The notes: generated by a model not told the origin, from the sequence alone. A stretch of DNA of 63,992 nt, filler included, from Reticulomyxa filosa (GCA_000512085.1; 16 parts of 16 records of this genome joined end to end with filler, not necessarily neighbours in it), one strand, 5' to 3'. Numbered from the whole stretch's first letter, positions 23,408 to 38,171 are shown. Program-made: numbers and translations.

Positions 23408-24160
23408 ATGAATATTGACACAACAGAAAAGGAAAGTTTCAAGTATGAATTGAAAGTGGTAGCATCAAAGACCCGTAACAACCGCAAGAGCGAACGAGCC
23501 TCGATTCGATACTTGGTAACTGTAACCGTAAAGAAACTCGAATCAACGGACACGAAAGAGAAAAGTGATGGCAATGGTAATGACAATGAACAAATAACGG
23601 CCTATTTGCGTGTGTGGCAGCCATTGGGAGATTGGAACCATTACTCATTGATTCAATCCTTGCGCTATGTGCGAAACAACGAGGATTTGCAACGATACGT
23701 TGCACAGTTTGGCTATACGGGCAGCAAATGTGAGGAGAAAATGCAGGAGTGGAAGGACTTGGGACTATCGAATCTAAAGTCGTCCAATGAGATTGAAATA
23801 GAAATTATTGGGGCAATTGAAAATCATGGGTGGGATGAAATACCATATTCGAAAGTCAACATTTGTATTGGCACGGACGAGTCGAAGTTGCTTGGACTCA
23901 CATTTGCACAGCATTGCACCAGAGACTATCAAGCGATGTTGGATGAGTATTGCTCCTATGGCTTTTTCACGGAGCTGTCTTTCAAGTTTGCTCTGAGTGA
24001 TATCGACACATGCAGCTCTTGCGTATTGAGCAACTGCTCGAGCGATACTCGCTACGATGCCATTCAGGAATGCGAACGTAAAGTCAAAGACTTGATTCAA
24101 AATGCAAATACAAATACAAATACAAGTACAAATACAAATGCAAATACAAATGCAAATACA
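23408..24160 (+). CDS. Hypothetical protein, 3'-partial, ending in an (N-T/A)n hexamer repeat
   Basis: Open frame of about 250 aa with coding-like composition; aataca/aatgca repeats run to the contig end. Confidence 0.6.
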
Positions 24161-24260
24161 NNNNNNNNNNNNNNNNNNNNNNNNNNNNNNNNNNNNNNNN
24201 NNNNTTAATTAATTAANNNNNNNNNNNNNNNNNNNNNNNNNNNNNNNNNNNNNNNNNNNN

Positions 24261-25271
24261 GTGGATTGAACGAGTTGTTGATATGATCGCTTTCGAGACA
24301 AGTGCTGATCAAACAAGGACTGCGTTTGCGGTTGGAATGGGCCTTCAAAACAAGAGAAGGAAGTGGGCAAAGTCAATGAGGTGTGATCGGGAAAAGAGCA
24401 ATTGGCTTGAGCTAAGCAAGGAGAAGCATTGGGAATTGGTTGTGCCGCATTGACAACCGTGTTGAGCAACCATTGAGGAATAGGCGGACAAGGCTGTTCT
24501 ATCGAGTCACTATCATACATTTCCAATTCGTCCACAATGTGCAATGACAAGCCCAGGCAAGTGCTCCATTTGTTTACCCACACTTTTAATTTCTCTACCT
24601 AAACGACAATGTTTATTTGTATTTACGTATTTTGACATATTTTGACATATTTACATATATATGCATATGTATATAATGTATATAAGTGATTGGTTCTACA
24701 AACTGATGGCTTGGATGCTTCCCCAATCATTAAATACTTTTCTAATTCCGGAATTGATACTTGTGTTTCCAGGTGCAGTTGATCGATTTCTCTTGCCAAC
24801 TTTCGCACACACATTATTTCGTGCACACATTCGCTCAATGGCTTATAGTTGTCCGGGAGCTTCAGTATATGCAAGTCTTTTCAAAATCACATTTTTATTG
24901 TTTGTTGTTTGTTGTTATTGTTGTTTGTCCATGTTGACGTCATTTGGTTAGTCATACATATAAAAAAACAACATTACAATAAATACATAAATAAACAAAT
25001 TGAAATTATGTATTTATTTATTCCCTTTGTTTTTTTTTTTAAATTTTTTTTTAAGGAAAATAAACATACCATTTTGTTGTTTTATTGTAAACGAATACAC
25101 GTCCGCGAGATTGTCGCCGGTACACAACACATCCGCATCCCATTTTCGACTGCAGTTCTTAAAGTGACACCGCACCTTATTATTCTTCATTTTTCCGACT
25201 ATTCTTACTACAAACCAATCCCCTTGTGCATCCTTCAGATCGTAATACGTGTCCACTTTCACATCTAGCAT
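24261..25271 (-). CDS. Multi-exon protein with an N-terminal Tudor/chromo-barrel (Royal family)-like motif, 3'-partial
   Basis: YYDLKDAQGDWFVVRIVG..VRCHFKNCSRKWDADV resembles D.KD..G.W....V....V.VHF.GW...WD. Downstream exons at 24623-24874 and 24261-24600. Confidence 0.5.
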
Positions 25272-26199
25272 TGTTTAAGTCAACATTCAAAAAAACCCCT
25301 TCTTGCGTGCATTTGTTCCACAACGCTTCCTAATACAAAATATCAAAAGTTTGAAGATAATTTTCAGTTTATACCCTCCCAGGCCAGAAAGCGGGCCATT
25401 TCGCGCAAATTTCATTCAAGTAGATGATTCACTAAAGAGTGCCTTTTTTATTGTTGATGAAAGAGAAGAATTTTAAAGAAAAAACTGTTACTTCTAAAAA
25501 TCTAAGCTGTACGTTCTTTGCCATTTTCAACACGAAACAGTCCCAATTCTCAAAATTATTTTTTTGTTTTTGCTAATTTTGATTACTATTTATCCTCTGG
25601 CACTTTAGCAAGATCTGTAAAAATCACTATCTTTTCTTTTTTTATGCTTAAAGTAAAGTTTAATTACTTCCAAAAAGTAATATTGAAAGATCTCATTCAA
25701 ACATAGCACACTAACTCAACACAAAAGTAAACACTCAATAACACCTGCGATCTTTGGTAACAAAGCACAAATTGGTACAACATTAAGGTTTGATAATTAT
25801 TTATTCAATAATTATAAAGAAGTTAACAATCTCTACATAATGTCAAAGTTTGTAGATTTAAATGCTTTTGATCTTACTTTAAAAGCTATTTGCATAAAGT
25901 TAGTTGCTAATGATGAGTGACTTTTTTTATAGTTATATGTAGTTTTTATTGAACAGTTAATCTTGTTGATGATGTTTTCACGAAATAAAAAAATTTATTT
26001 CAATTTAAACTTAAGAAAACGACAAAAAAATAACTGAGTGAGCAGCACGAACACAATAATCTTTTTTACAAGTCAAAAAAGAAAAAAAAAAGGGAAAATC
26101 AAACATTTCTCATTTCACTTTCACGTCTGCACACTCCTTTCTGCTGTTCATTTAATACATTATCGAAATGTTCTTGCAGTTTCACAAACTCATCGTCAT

Positions 26200-27060
26200 G
26201 AATTTCCTTTCGCTATTCACTTGTAATGAACTGTCAATTCTTTTTTGGTTTTCCAGGTGGTGAATATACATAGCACACAATTGCTCAGGTTGATAAAGGG
26301 CAGTGTTCACCAAGCTAGCACAATTTCCATCTTGAAACGAGTTAATACTTGTTTCAATACTGTAAACTTTGCAAAAGGCTTGAGGGTATTACTTAAACTC
26401 GCATATTTGCTGGTGTTCAAGCCGAGGTGGATATTGGAATTCGCATACTTTCTTGAAGATGTAGGTTTGTTTTCTAATCTTCTTCCATTTTTTTAAAATT
26501 TCCTCGGCTATTCCTTGTTGCAATTCTTTCTTCTCTTTGTTAAATTTTTCGCTTTGTCCATTGTTGGCAATCAATCCAGAGCGATTGCCCAACAATTTCA
26601 AAGTTTTTTCTCATGCTCTTGAATCACTATGGGCTTCCCGTACAATTTTCTTTGATCCTCATCCTTTCATGCGTCGTTGGCTCATTTCTTGTGCTGTGAT
26701 ATTATGCTGTGCCAATAAATCAGTTAATATTGACGAAAACGCACGTCTTTCTCTTTCGCCCAATCCCATCGTGTGCACATGTTGAATAGCCTGCCTCCGC
26801 TCCAAAGGAATCACTGATGATTGTGGTGATTCATCTTCCAACCAGTGAAGTGATATATAGTCTTTCTGGTAATCTTCGACTGGTTCGCGAACGACGCAGT
26901 TGCCTTTCGTTTATTTGGCTTTGCATATCTGCAGGACCACCCCACAAAATATTCTTGCCAATTAAATTGGTAATCGAAGGTCTTAGACCAAATGCTTTGC
27001 ATAAGGTTGGATTTTTTGCTGTTACACACCAAACAAAAGTAACCAATAAAATATTGCCAC
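26200..27060 (-). CDS. Hypothetical protein, partial and frameshifted
   Basis: Consecutive overlapping minus-strand ORFs (27079-26831, 26841-26659, 26601-26389) with coding-like composition. Confidence 0.4.
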
Positions 27061-27519
27061 TATAAAAAAAGACATACATTTTTTTCTTTAAAAAAAAATA
27101 TATATATGGACATATATATGTGTACGTACATNNNNNNNNNNNNNNNNNNNNNNNNNNNNNNNNNNNNNNNNNNNNTTAATTAATTAANNNNNNNNNNNNN
27201 NNNNNNNNNNNNNNNNNNNNNNNNNNNNNNNAATATTTGTGAAACCTTAATAAAGTCGATGCCAAAGAGAATACATGCAGTTAAAAAAGCCAAAAGAGAT
27301 ATAACACGTTGGTAAACTTGAATTAAATTTTAAAAAACAAATCTTATCATACTCAGGCACCACAAAAAATTTTTTAAAAGTAAATGAAAGATTAAAATTT
27401 TGTAAAGACTTAATAAAAAACTAAATTCAAAATGATATTTAAATACTACACGATTCGTAGATATTTTTTTTAAATAAAAAAAATTTTGATTAAATATTGT
27501 TTTTTCATGGAGAAACACA

Positions 27520-28461
27520 ATCATCTATAAGATGGCATTTTATGTGTCAACTTTCTTTTTATCCTACTGTAACAAATTGTTTCAATCATTCCATAAATAT
27601 TCCGCTTCTGTAAATTGTGTAAATTCTCACCTTATCATTATTATAAGAATCGTCAAAATGTCATTTGTTCTTCGTCACATGACAGTACCATTCGTTTTTG
27701 GGATTTTAAAGATAATCAACAATTACAAATATTTAAACACAATGATCATGTTGGTGGAATTGAATTTTCACAATTTACTGGTGGTAGATATTTGTGTTTT
27801 GGATCATACAATAATACAATTAATTTATCGAACGTTGAAATACCAAAATCATTACATGTTTCAATGGACATGAAAACTATGTTTGTTGTGTTGATATTTC
27901 ACCATTACAAAGCAATAATAAAAATGATAATAAAATAAATAATATTGGTATAATTGATGGAAATGGATATACAATTTGTTCTGGATCAATTGATAGAACA
28001 ATCAGAATATGGGATATTGAAACGACAAAACAATTAAATATATACCAAGTACATAAAGATTTTATCAATAATGTAAAATACGGATCAAATGAATTAGTGA
28101 ACACAATATTATCTGGATTATCTGATAATAGTGTTCGTTTGTGGGATATCAGATCTTATCAACAAATTCAATCATTCAATGGACATACATATTGGGTGAC
28201 TGTTGTTGAATATTCACCATTTGTAAAGAATAACATTTTTAATTCAGATGTGATATGTTCCTCTTCATTGGATAATACAATTCATTTTTGGGATATTCGA
28301 TCAAATAGGAACAATTGCATATGATCAAAGGTGATTCAAAAGATTGTTGAATATATTGCCTTTAAATTTATTAAATTGAAAAAGAAAGATAAAAAAATAT
28401 TATATATGATTTGAATTTGTGTTATGGTTCACACAATGAAAACATTCATATTTGGGGATAA
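27520..28461 (+). pseudogene. Degraded WD40-repeat gene
   Basis: Fragments ICSSSHDSTIRFWDF, GGRYLCFGS, GNGYTICSGSIDRTIRIWD and NSVRLWDIRS..FNGHT are spread across frames with stops. Confidence 0.88.
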
Positions 28462-29080
28462 GAAATGAAAGTTTTTTTAAAAAAATAAGGTGATACTAAA
28501 CATTTTTTATCTGATTGAAAGAAATAATTAAAAAAGTCATTTTCATGTTTTTTAAAATATTTTATCAACAACAAAAGCAGCATATACTGCAATGTTTAAT
28601 GAAAATAGAATAAAAACGATAAGCAACATAGATACAACAAAATTGAAGTACCATTTTTTGAAAAGTTTATTAAAAACTATATTTCATTTTTATTAGCGTT
28701 CATTAGATTACTCTTGTTGAGCTCTTTCAATATTTCTCATTGAGTTTCATTTTTTGACAAACGCTAGGTCTCTTGTTACACCTTCACACAATCTTGTATT
28801 ATTTTGCACGTGTTTCATTACTTTTCCATTTCAGTATTTTGGTTAATTTTTAAAAAATTAATTGTATACTGTCAAATTAAGCTCAAAGTGCTGATTAACT
28901 TAGTACAGTTTGAAAGTTCACAAAGACTTTTTTAACGGTTAGGAAGCGAGGAATTCTCTAATATCTCTCCTTTTTTGTATTTCCTTTTGAGGGTTGTGAA
29001 TAGTGTAATTTCTTGTAGCTTTGTAAATATTAGGCTTGTGAGCACCAGAAGCAAAAGTTCATAGATCTACCATTATTAAA

Positions 29081-29706
29081 ATGACAGCAGCCCCAACAGG
29101 CTTTGTAATGCAAGGATCAGGTAGAGATCGTAAGATCTCGACCTCAATATATCGGCCAAGAACGTCATCAGTGGCGGCGTTCTTTGAAACCCCTAAAACG
29201 GCAGCGCCAACAGCGCTAAACAGTGTGAGTCACAAGCCACAAAATGTGACCGCCGCTATGCCAGCCAACATAGCTCAGCCAACAGAGCGACAAAGACATG
29301 CCAACAGAGAAAGAAAGCAATCGATTTGGGTGTGTGTGTGTGTGTGTTGGAGGGAGGCTGGGGATTTTTTATTTTTTTTAGAAGCACCTTGGTTATATGT
29401 TGATTGTAAACACAAATACAAATACAAATACAAATAAATATAAATATAAGTATAAATATATTTATATTTATACTTATATTTATATTTATTTGTATTTGTG
29501 TTTATATTGATATTAATGTATGTATATAATATGCATATGAATGAATATGTGCATGAAGGAGCAAATAAATGAATCAACAACCAAATCGCCCTCGAAAGAC
29601 CCAACGAAAGAAATTGAAGACGTATTGGAGCGTGAAATTAAATTTCTGTCTGAGGAAGTTCCTCATTTTGGGAATTTGTTCAAGCAAGTGAAGCAAGATT
29701 TCAAAG
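29081..29706 (+). CDS. Hypothetical protein, 3'-partial, with an intron
   Basis: ATG at 29081 opens a coding-like frame. An AT-rich intron (~29330-29560) precedes exon EQINESTT..KQDFK, followed by a GT donor. Confidence 0.5.
29425..29498. repeat. Perfect 36-bp inverted repeat (2-nt loop) in an intron
   Basis: 29425-29460 is the exact reverse complement of 29463-29498. Confidence 0.95.
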
Positions 29707-32700
29707 TTTGTCTCATTTTTTTTTTTTTTTTTNNNNNNNNNNNNNNNNNNNNNNNNNNNNNNNNNNNNNNNNNNNNTTAATTAATTAANNNNNNNNNNNN
29801 NNNNNNNNNNNNNNNNNNNNNNNNNNNNNNNNTGTTTTGTAGTTTTTGGAGAATGTTTGAAAATAAAAAAGGAAAAGTGTAATTTTACACAACTTTTATA
29901 AACTTTGCATTTGTTTGTTTTCTGTTTTTAAATTGATTATCGTGAAGAGTAAAAATTTAAATATTTGACTTTGAAACATTAAAACTGCTTAAACATAAAT
30001 TTTATAAATGATATATTTTAAACGACATTTGATGATAAAACAGTGAGTTATGGAATGTAAAATTAGCAAAGATTTTTGATTTTGTTGCATTACATAGATT
30101 TCTCCAACATTGTCTTTTGCATAATTGCATTTATTATCTCTACCGTTTTCATATGAGAGAATCTTGGTTGTGTATTAAAGCAATCTCTTTCTTTAGATAT
30201 AAATAAAATTAACAAAAAAGTATTACACTAATTATGATTATCATTCACAAATACAGTGGATTGAATATTTCATACCACATCATGAAAATGATTATGTTTT
30301 TTTGTTTTAATGATTTTTTTATTATTCAAGATTTAGATTATCGTCAAAGTTTTTTAAATATCACTTGTATTGTAATGGATAAAGGTTATGTTTTTCATCT
30401 TTTGAATACTGTCGAAAATGCTTTAAAGATTGTTTTAGGCCTTGGATAATGAAAGCAAAGAAAAGAAACTGGAAAACGAAAGAGAAATGTTTTCCAGTTT
30501 TTATTGTTATTGATAATGCGTGATTAGTTTGATAAAGTAATAACATATACACTCTTGATGAAATATAATGTTTCTATTTAAAATGATTGGTTATATCATT
30601 TATATATTTATATATTTATATCATTTATTTTATTAACAGCAACAAAATAACACATACACGATTTGTTGATAAATCCAATAAGATAACATTTCCACCAGAT
30701 GTAATAATTGAATATGATTATATTGATAATACCAATTATTATCATTCCATTTTTTGAAATCCACTCTCTTTCTATGCATATGAATACTTTCTCGTAATAT
30801 ATACATAATATTTGACATTTATGAAATAAATAGTTGTGTAAAACTTGTTTATGAATTTGACGATATTTGATATGTTTATGATATTTCAAAATATTCCACA
30901 AAATATGCAAACACATTTCTCGAGATATTTTTATTTAATTTTCTTCTTTCAATTTATTATAGATCAAAATTATTTCATTGTTTTATATTTATTATATATA
31001 TATTTTATTCAAATTTAACTAATTTAAGTTGGAATCAGCATAAATTTTATTAAATTTATTAATGTGAAGGTTTTTAATATTGATTGAGATGGAATTACTG
31101 AAAAAAACATTCAATTAATAAATTTTTTAGAAAAAAAAAATGTTTTTCGTTTGCAATCCATTAAATCCACTGCTTACTTCAAAGTTATGATTTGCTTTCT
31201 CGTCTGATCTTTGAAAGAGAATTGAAGTAATAACATGTTGACTTATACAGTCTGTCTTTCAGGAATTATTCAAATTAAACTTTTGTAATATAAAAAATTT
31301 AATTGAATAAAATTATAAATATTCATCTTAATAGTTTTGCAATGACACACATCTTTATATACAATCCTTAGAGACACAAACAAAGGAACAAAAAGTTATT
31401 TGAACAAAAAATGTTTCGGCCAATCTTTTAAAAATATCAGTTTGTTATCACAACTCGATAACGAAAAATCCAAGTTTATTTCATAATAATCTCATCAAAA
31501 TCATTGACCCATTCTAATTTATCGTCAAAGTTCAAATCCAATATTAAGTAATACATTTTATCTCATTTTTTGACTGTTCATTATTTATTANNNNNNNNNN
31601 NNNNNNNNNNNNNNNNNNNNNNNNNNNNNNNNNNTTAATTAATTAANNNNNNNNNNNNNNNNNNNNNNNNNNNNNNNNNNNNNNNNNNNNATCGTAATAA
31701 TATGTATACATACATTTTTTTATTCGTGCTGTCTCCTTTTTCCCTACTTTAAATTCTTTTTTTTTTAAGTAGTAAAAAAAAAATGAAGTAAAATAAATAA
31801 ATAAAAAAAAATGGTATTTTGCGTTAATCACCCCTTTTTTTTTGTAACATTAAAGAAAAAAATATTTACGTAACAAACATCTCACAACAGACAGACGTAA
31901 TGTAGGATATTGCTAAACTAAATATGGAATTTTATTCGAAATTGTTCAATCACATTCCAATGTCATTGCAAAGTTGAGAAAAAATGATCAATATGTCTAT
32001 ATCTAATTGGCGTTGAATGATAAGATAACGATTCAGTGTCATTCCAAGGAACAACCTTTTTTTATTATTTATTGTTTATGCAATACAACAAATATGTTGA
32101 CATTTTAGATTTAAAAAATACTTGATGGCCATGGATGATAACAATTTGTAATATTTTTTTTCTTTAAATTTGGATCCTTATCAAAATCATCTATCATTTG
32201 ATGATAATTCGGATCTACTTTTGTCAAATACTCTAGCATTTGTTTATTTCCAACATTTCCAAGTGGCCAACACATGATGGATTTTGCCAGGTATCTTAAT
32301 ATTTTATTGTTTCATCTTTTTCAACTACAGTACAACATTTCTTTGTTTTTTTTTTTCGTCATCTTACCAACAAATTTTTTAATTATTCTGATAAATCTCT
32401 TGATCTTGTTGGCCCAAAACTAATGCTGATTGTGCTGCCATATCTTCCTAACTATATAATTTACTCTGCAAAAACAAATCAGATTAGTCCCCCCCCACAA
32501 CATACGCTCACTTGCAAACAACGGACTTCCGTGATAAGTTATATTTTGATTTGTAAATGGAATAATATCAGTAATTTTAATAAAATCGCATTCCAAAAGT
32601 ATACAATACTTGAATGTAAATTTTTTATTGTATAAATTAATTAAGTACTAATCTTCTGTTTCATCACGCAATATTTCTTTTGGAAAGTCTAAAAAATAAA

Positions 32701-33318
32701 TTAGTTGAATTTTTTGAAATTTCAAAACCATAATACATATTTCTTGCGAGAATAAATAATAATAAAGTAATGTTTGATTGTATAAAGTAATGCTTATTAT
32801 CAACAATTGGATGATTTCCTAATAAATAAATGTGTCTTGAAGACATTAAATATTCGAGGATATGTTTTTTTTTTATTATCAATAAGATGTAGAAATTACA
32901 ATTTTATAAATTTTTTGTGTGCAATAGGCCAAAGAAATGACATATGTACACGTCATTAAAATACAATAATTTCCAATATAAAATCCCCGTCTAAAGAAAT
33001 TGTTTTTGTATTATTAATATGAAAAGAGCTTTTTTTNNNNNNNNNNNNNNNNNNNNNNNNNNNNNNNNNNNNNNNNNNNNTTAATTAATTAANNNNNNNN
33101 NNNNNNNNNNNNNNNNNNNNNNNNNNNNNNNNNNNNTGTAACTCGAAAGATTTGATCAAACTCGTCGTTTGTTTTTTTTTGTAGTTGTTTCAAGCTAATT
33201 TTTGAACACATAATACTACTTGGAATTATTCAAAGAATAAGATCAAAAGCATTGGTATAGTTGTTTATTTTGTCCAAAGACGAAATTTTCAGAGTGGTTT
33301 TTTTAAAAAAAGAGAAAA

Positions 33319-34150
33319 ATGCAAGAATTCGAACAACGTATATCAAATTTAAGTGAAACAGTGAAAAGGATTGAAAAGATGATAAATGATTTGGAAAACA
33401 GCATAAAATCGCAAAAAGATTTAGTTGAACTATGTGAAAACGAAATAAAATCGAAGTATGGGTCAGAAATAAAAGATTTTGAAGAAAAGTTGACAAATAT
33501 AAAAATAAAGATATCCAAAACAACGAACACAAAAGATTATTTGAATCAGAGCGTATACGGATAAGTGTAAGATTAAATGAATTGGAAGAGGAATTAAAAA
33601 AACATGATGAACAAGAAATGAAAATAAAAAAAGAAATAGAGAAAATATTATCAAAATTGGATACAATTGAAGACAAAATAGCAAAAGACAATATTATTCA
33701 ACAAACGAATAAATTATTGGCTGACTCTAAACAAAGATCAAAAATAGAAATGAAACAAAACAAAGGCAAACAAGATTTAGTGTTCATTGAACAAAAAAAA
33801 ACAAGAATTACAGAAAACGGTAGATACATTGAATAAAGAAAAAAATGCTCTGGAAATAAACCAAAGAATTGTTTTAGATATGAAAAGACAGAAAGATGCC
33901 CAAATTATGCAAGCAAAGGCTAAAATTTGTGAATTATAGGCTCAAAGAGGACTTTATATCAAACAAAAAGAAGAACAGTCATACAAAATGCAACAAGAAC
34001 AACAGCAATATAATTGGTTAAAGCAATATGGATTCGCTACTGTATCTACCAGAAAAGTGTACCAAAACGAAGTATTTGCTGTTTCTTTCGATTTTTCAAA
34101 TTACAAAGATACATCTCAACCCTTCAAACACATGCATGGATTGGATTGAT
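33319..34150 (+). pseudogene. Disrupted coiled-coil protein gene
   Basis: K/E-rich heptad ORFs 33319..33564 and 33582..33836 plus downstream fragments broken by stops. Confidence 0.55.
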
Positions 34151-34689
34151 ACCTGATTTTGTGCAGATTAATTGAGATATTCACCTTTTTTGATCTTTCA
34201 TCACGGAGCAACAGATCTTGTGATTGTTGATTTTCTTGACTTGATATCAACATAATTGATCCTTTTAGTTCTCCATTGATCGTTTTGGATTTTCCAAACG
34301 CCTTTAAATTGTTATTCCGTTTTGATCGATTCAATGATGATGCGTTACGAATAACTCTAATTTGACTATTTGATAAAAATACCATAATTTCTAATTATTA
34401 CTTCAAATAGTGTAAAAAAAAATTGTTAAAATTCTTGATGTTTAATAACCACTGCCACAGTTCGTATATTCCAATATTCCAATTATCCAACTGTTACTCA
34501 ATATTTTCCAACCAATAAAATTATTTAACCAAAAACTCCAGAAGAAATTTTAATATTATTACAAAAGTGATTATCATTATTATATTTATTGATGTGTAGT
34601 ACATTCACCAAATCAATTGATTTTAGATGAAATTAGAATATTTGTTTAAGATATCTCGAATGAATTAATTAATTGTATTATTTACATTG

Positions 34690-35753
34690 GATGTGAAATT
34701 AAAAGAAAATGCTGAAGGTTTTATATATATTCCTATTATAGAAATAAACAAGAAAAATCATTATATATTAAGATTACAAAAACATATGAACATCAAATTA
34801 AAGAATGTTATGATACTTTTAAACTTGACCTTGGAGAAGATGATTCCCCTGAAATATATTGAATTAAAAATCACTAATAATTAAAAGAAAAAGAATTACA
34901 ATTATATAATATTGAAATGAATAACGCAGGACAACAAGTATTAAAATTGAAAACAGAATTAGAGTCTTTAAAAAATAATTTGTGTCAACAATATTTAACA
35001 TGTCCCATTTGCAAACCAATATTTGAAGAACGCAAAAAAGAATTACACTTATCATATGTGGAAAAATCAAAACAAGAGTCAGATATAAGAACACTTGAAA
35101 CAAAATATAACTTTTTATTGCAAGAAAGACAATTAATAAAAATGATTTGATTGAAAAACAAAATATTTGGAAAAAAGAAACTGATAATGATAAAAAATTA
35201 AAAGAAAAGGAATTAAAATTGAAAAAAAACTTGAATGGAAAAACGAATTAGAAGAATATAAAAAAGCAAGAACAGAATATAAACAAGAACTAAATAATTA
35301 TAATGATATTATAAAAGTATTGGTGTCAATGGAGATGTTTTAAATCTATTTTTAGAGTTACTCCAAAAAATGACCAAGTCTATGGTTAATATACAATTAG
35401 CTATTAGTTAAATGGAATCTGCATTGGAAATGGTGTTAGAACAAGCTATTCGACTAACTAAGGCCAATTTAGAACTGAAAGATATTCTTGAATGTAATAG
35501 TTTGTCTAAATTTTATTCTTCATTGGAAACTAAGGGATTTATATACGTCCAACATATTCATTGCAAAAATATTGAAGAATTTAAAGAATCGATATTAAAT
35601 AATGTAATCAATATGAAATTTAATGGAGTAGAAAAAAAAAATTATATGAACTTGCAATTAATGCTATGGGATATTGTCGAACTCATTGGAGAATATTTAA
35701 TGAAAAAAATGTTGTCATTGTCCAAATTTTTTAATAACATTTCATTCAAATAA
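34690..35753 (+). pseudogene. Disrupted coiled-coil + SAM-like gene (paralogue of 36513-37794)
   Basis: ANLELKDILECNSLSKFYSSLETKGF..IEEFKESIL aligns by eye with AKLTLKDALSELGLMVYYAPLQKEGF..IELFKQEIL. Confidence 0.6.
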
Positions 35754-36512
35754 TTATATATAATAATCGTGTTGAATTGTGCTATATTTTTTTATTGTGT
35801 TTTTTTTTAAAAAAAAAACAGTATTTGTTTAACACAAAATTCCCACATTGATCTAATTAAAAAATTTTTTTTAATTATTATATCGTTCCAGAACTCACAA
35901 AGAAAGACACAATAAATACAGTGAGCTTTCTTTTTTTTTTTTACAAATTGCATATCACTAATATCATCAAAACCTTTGATTGCCAATCTAGTGTTCATTT
36001 GGACGATGAAAAGTCAAATTATTGAGTTATACAATCATACTGAATGTATTGTACTCAACAATAAGAAAAATAAAAATTGACTACAAATAAGCTTATAGAA
36101 TGAGATTTTGTGACTGCGATCAGTTGGATCAAAATTCTTATTGCAGTTTCTTAGCGTACATATGAGAATTATCGAATTATATAATATAATTTAAATATTG
36201 TTTGATATAGTAGCCAGTTGGAACAAAAACTATGATGTTATTCCTCATATATGTATATATACAGGTAGTGATAAAAGCCCTGGTTGTGAATTGTGGTAAT
36301 GTATGTAAAATCAATTGTCTATATTCTCAATACATAACCATTTAATCAACATTTGAAAAAGGTGGAAGCAAAAAAGGAATCGACTGTTTGGATTTAAATT
36401 TCTGAAAATGAAAAGATGAAAATAGTGCTGAAGGATATCACATAGCTTTGATTAGAGATCAATGAAATTGAAATCAAATATTTTTTTTTACCAAAAAAGT
36501 CAAAAAAAAAAA

Positions 36513-37794
36513 TTATTGTTTTTTGGTTGAACCAGAAGCATTGTCCAACAATTTTTTTCCACAATGTTCTAACTTCTGATACATATTGAAAAAAAATACA
36601 TTCAACGCCGGCATTTGGTTGAGCACAATAGATTTTTGTTTTTGACAATATTTTTGTGCATTTTCACTTAGGCCAAGCAATTTCAACTTTTCTGCTTTAG
36701 TAGATACCACACCACCAATAAGAGGCAGAATTTCTTGTTTAAATAACTCAATACTGCATTGAAAGTCATTTAGATTTTCAAATCCTTCTTTTTGCAAAGG
36801 AGCGTAATAAACCATCAGACCGAGCTCAGAGAGAGCATCTTTTAGAGTTAGTTTGGCACTTGCCCGTCGTTCTGCCATTTCTAAAACAGAAGATCTCATT
36901 GCATCAATGACCAATTGGAAAAAAACAGTCATTCCAATCATTTTATGAGTTAAATCCAATAATTCTTCAGCATATTCTTCTCGAACATTTTCTTTAATAG
37001 TCTTTTTGAAGTATTGCTCATACGAATGAAATTCTCGTTTGGTTTCGTAATATTTTGTTTCATAAGTCATTAATTTGGATTTTTTAAGTTCACTCAAATA
37101 ATTTTCTTTTTCCTGTCTTTTTTCTTTAATCTCTTTATACAATTGAGCTTGTTTTTCGTATAATTCTTTTTTTGCACGTTCGGTTCTCTCAACGAGATCT
37201 TTGCATTCTTGTGTCAAGAGTATTTTTCTTTGTTGTCCACTGTGCTTTATACTTTACTTTATTTTGGAGTTCATTTGCAGTGTTAGAGGAATAAGAATTA
37301 AATGTATTGACAGTATCAATGATTCTCGATTTGTCTCCAGTGTATACATCTTTGTAGTATTCGTATCGATTCCATCCACACCAATTTGTGTTGACCCATA
37401 ATTCTTTTCGACTATCTGATGCATTTGCCAATTGACCTTGCAAATTTTCAATCCTATTTTTCAATGTATTTAATGCACTAGTAAGATCATTTACTTGTCC
37501 ATTTGCATAAGAAACACGAACGCTTGCTCCATCACATTCTCCTTTTTTGTAAGCTAATTCTTTTTGCAGCAATGTTAATTTTTCATCCAATGTATTAATC
37601 TCTTCACACGATTTACGTGCAATTTTTCCATATTCCTCTTTTAATCTTTCTATTTCCTCTTCTATTTTCGGTTTCTGTTCATAATATTTACTTCGTGCAT
37701 CATCATATTTGTTTCTTAATTCTTCCAATTTATTTGTTATTTCTTTAAGCAATGCTCCCCATTTCTTTTTTTCTTCCTCTTGCGCTTTGTTCAT
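36513..37794 (-). CDS. Coiled-coil protein with a C-terminal SAM-like motif; one frameshift near 37215; possibly 5'-truncated
   Basis: ORFs 37189..37971 and 36513..37217 are continuous coiled-coil sequence. L..LGL..Y...L..EGF matches the SAM pattern. Confidence 0.6.
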
Positions 37795-38171
37795 TGGCCG
37801 AATTAACCCAACCCCGAAAATATGATGGAAGTTTCCATAAACCTTGGCTTGATGGAACAAAATACAAACCCAGATATTATGAAAAGGATGAAATTTTTTG
37901 TGGTGCTTTGGTATGGGAAGCTTACGATGACAAATCAAACCAATATCACTTTTCAAAGCCTTCAAAAACAATTATGCATAAAGACGGAAAAGAAGTGCAG
38001 AATGAAATTTTAAAGATGAGTCGAGGAAACTATATGTGTTTTAAATGCTTTCAATTGGAAGAAATAATCATCAACAGAGATGACAGTATTCAAAAACAAG
38101 AAGAATTTTTATGGTCCCAGTACAACGTGTTCATGAAAAAACAAGCTCCTCCAGAAGAAGAAAAGAAATAA
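37795..38171 (+). CDS. Hypothetical intronless ORF, 5'-truncated, convergent on the virus-like cluster
   Basis: RKYDGSFHKPWLDGTKYKPRYYEK..YMCFKCF..PPEEEKK. It stops 27 bp from the end of the opposite-strand gene. Confidence 0.5.

Noticed and set aside
29833-33036. Short ORFs in two extremely AT-rich contigs
   Set aside because: No recognisable motifs or consistent frame; probably intergenic or heavily decayed sequence.
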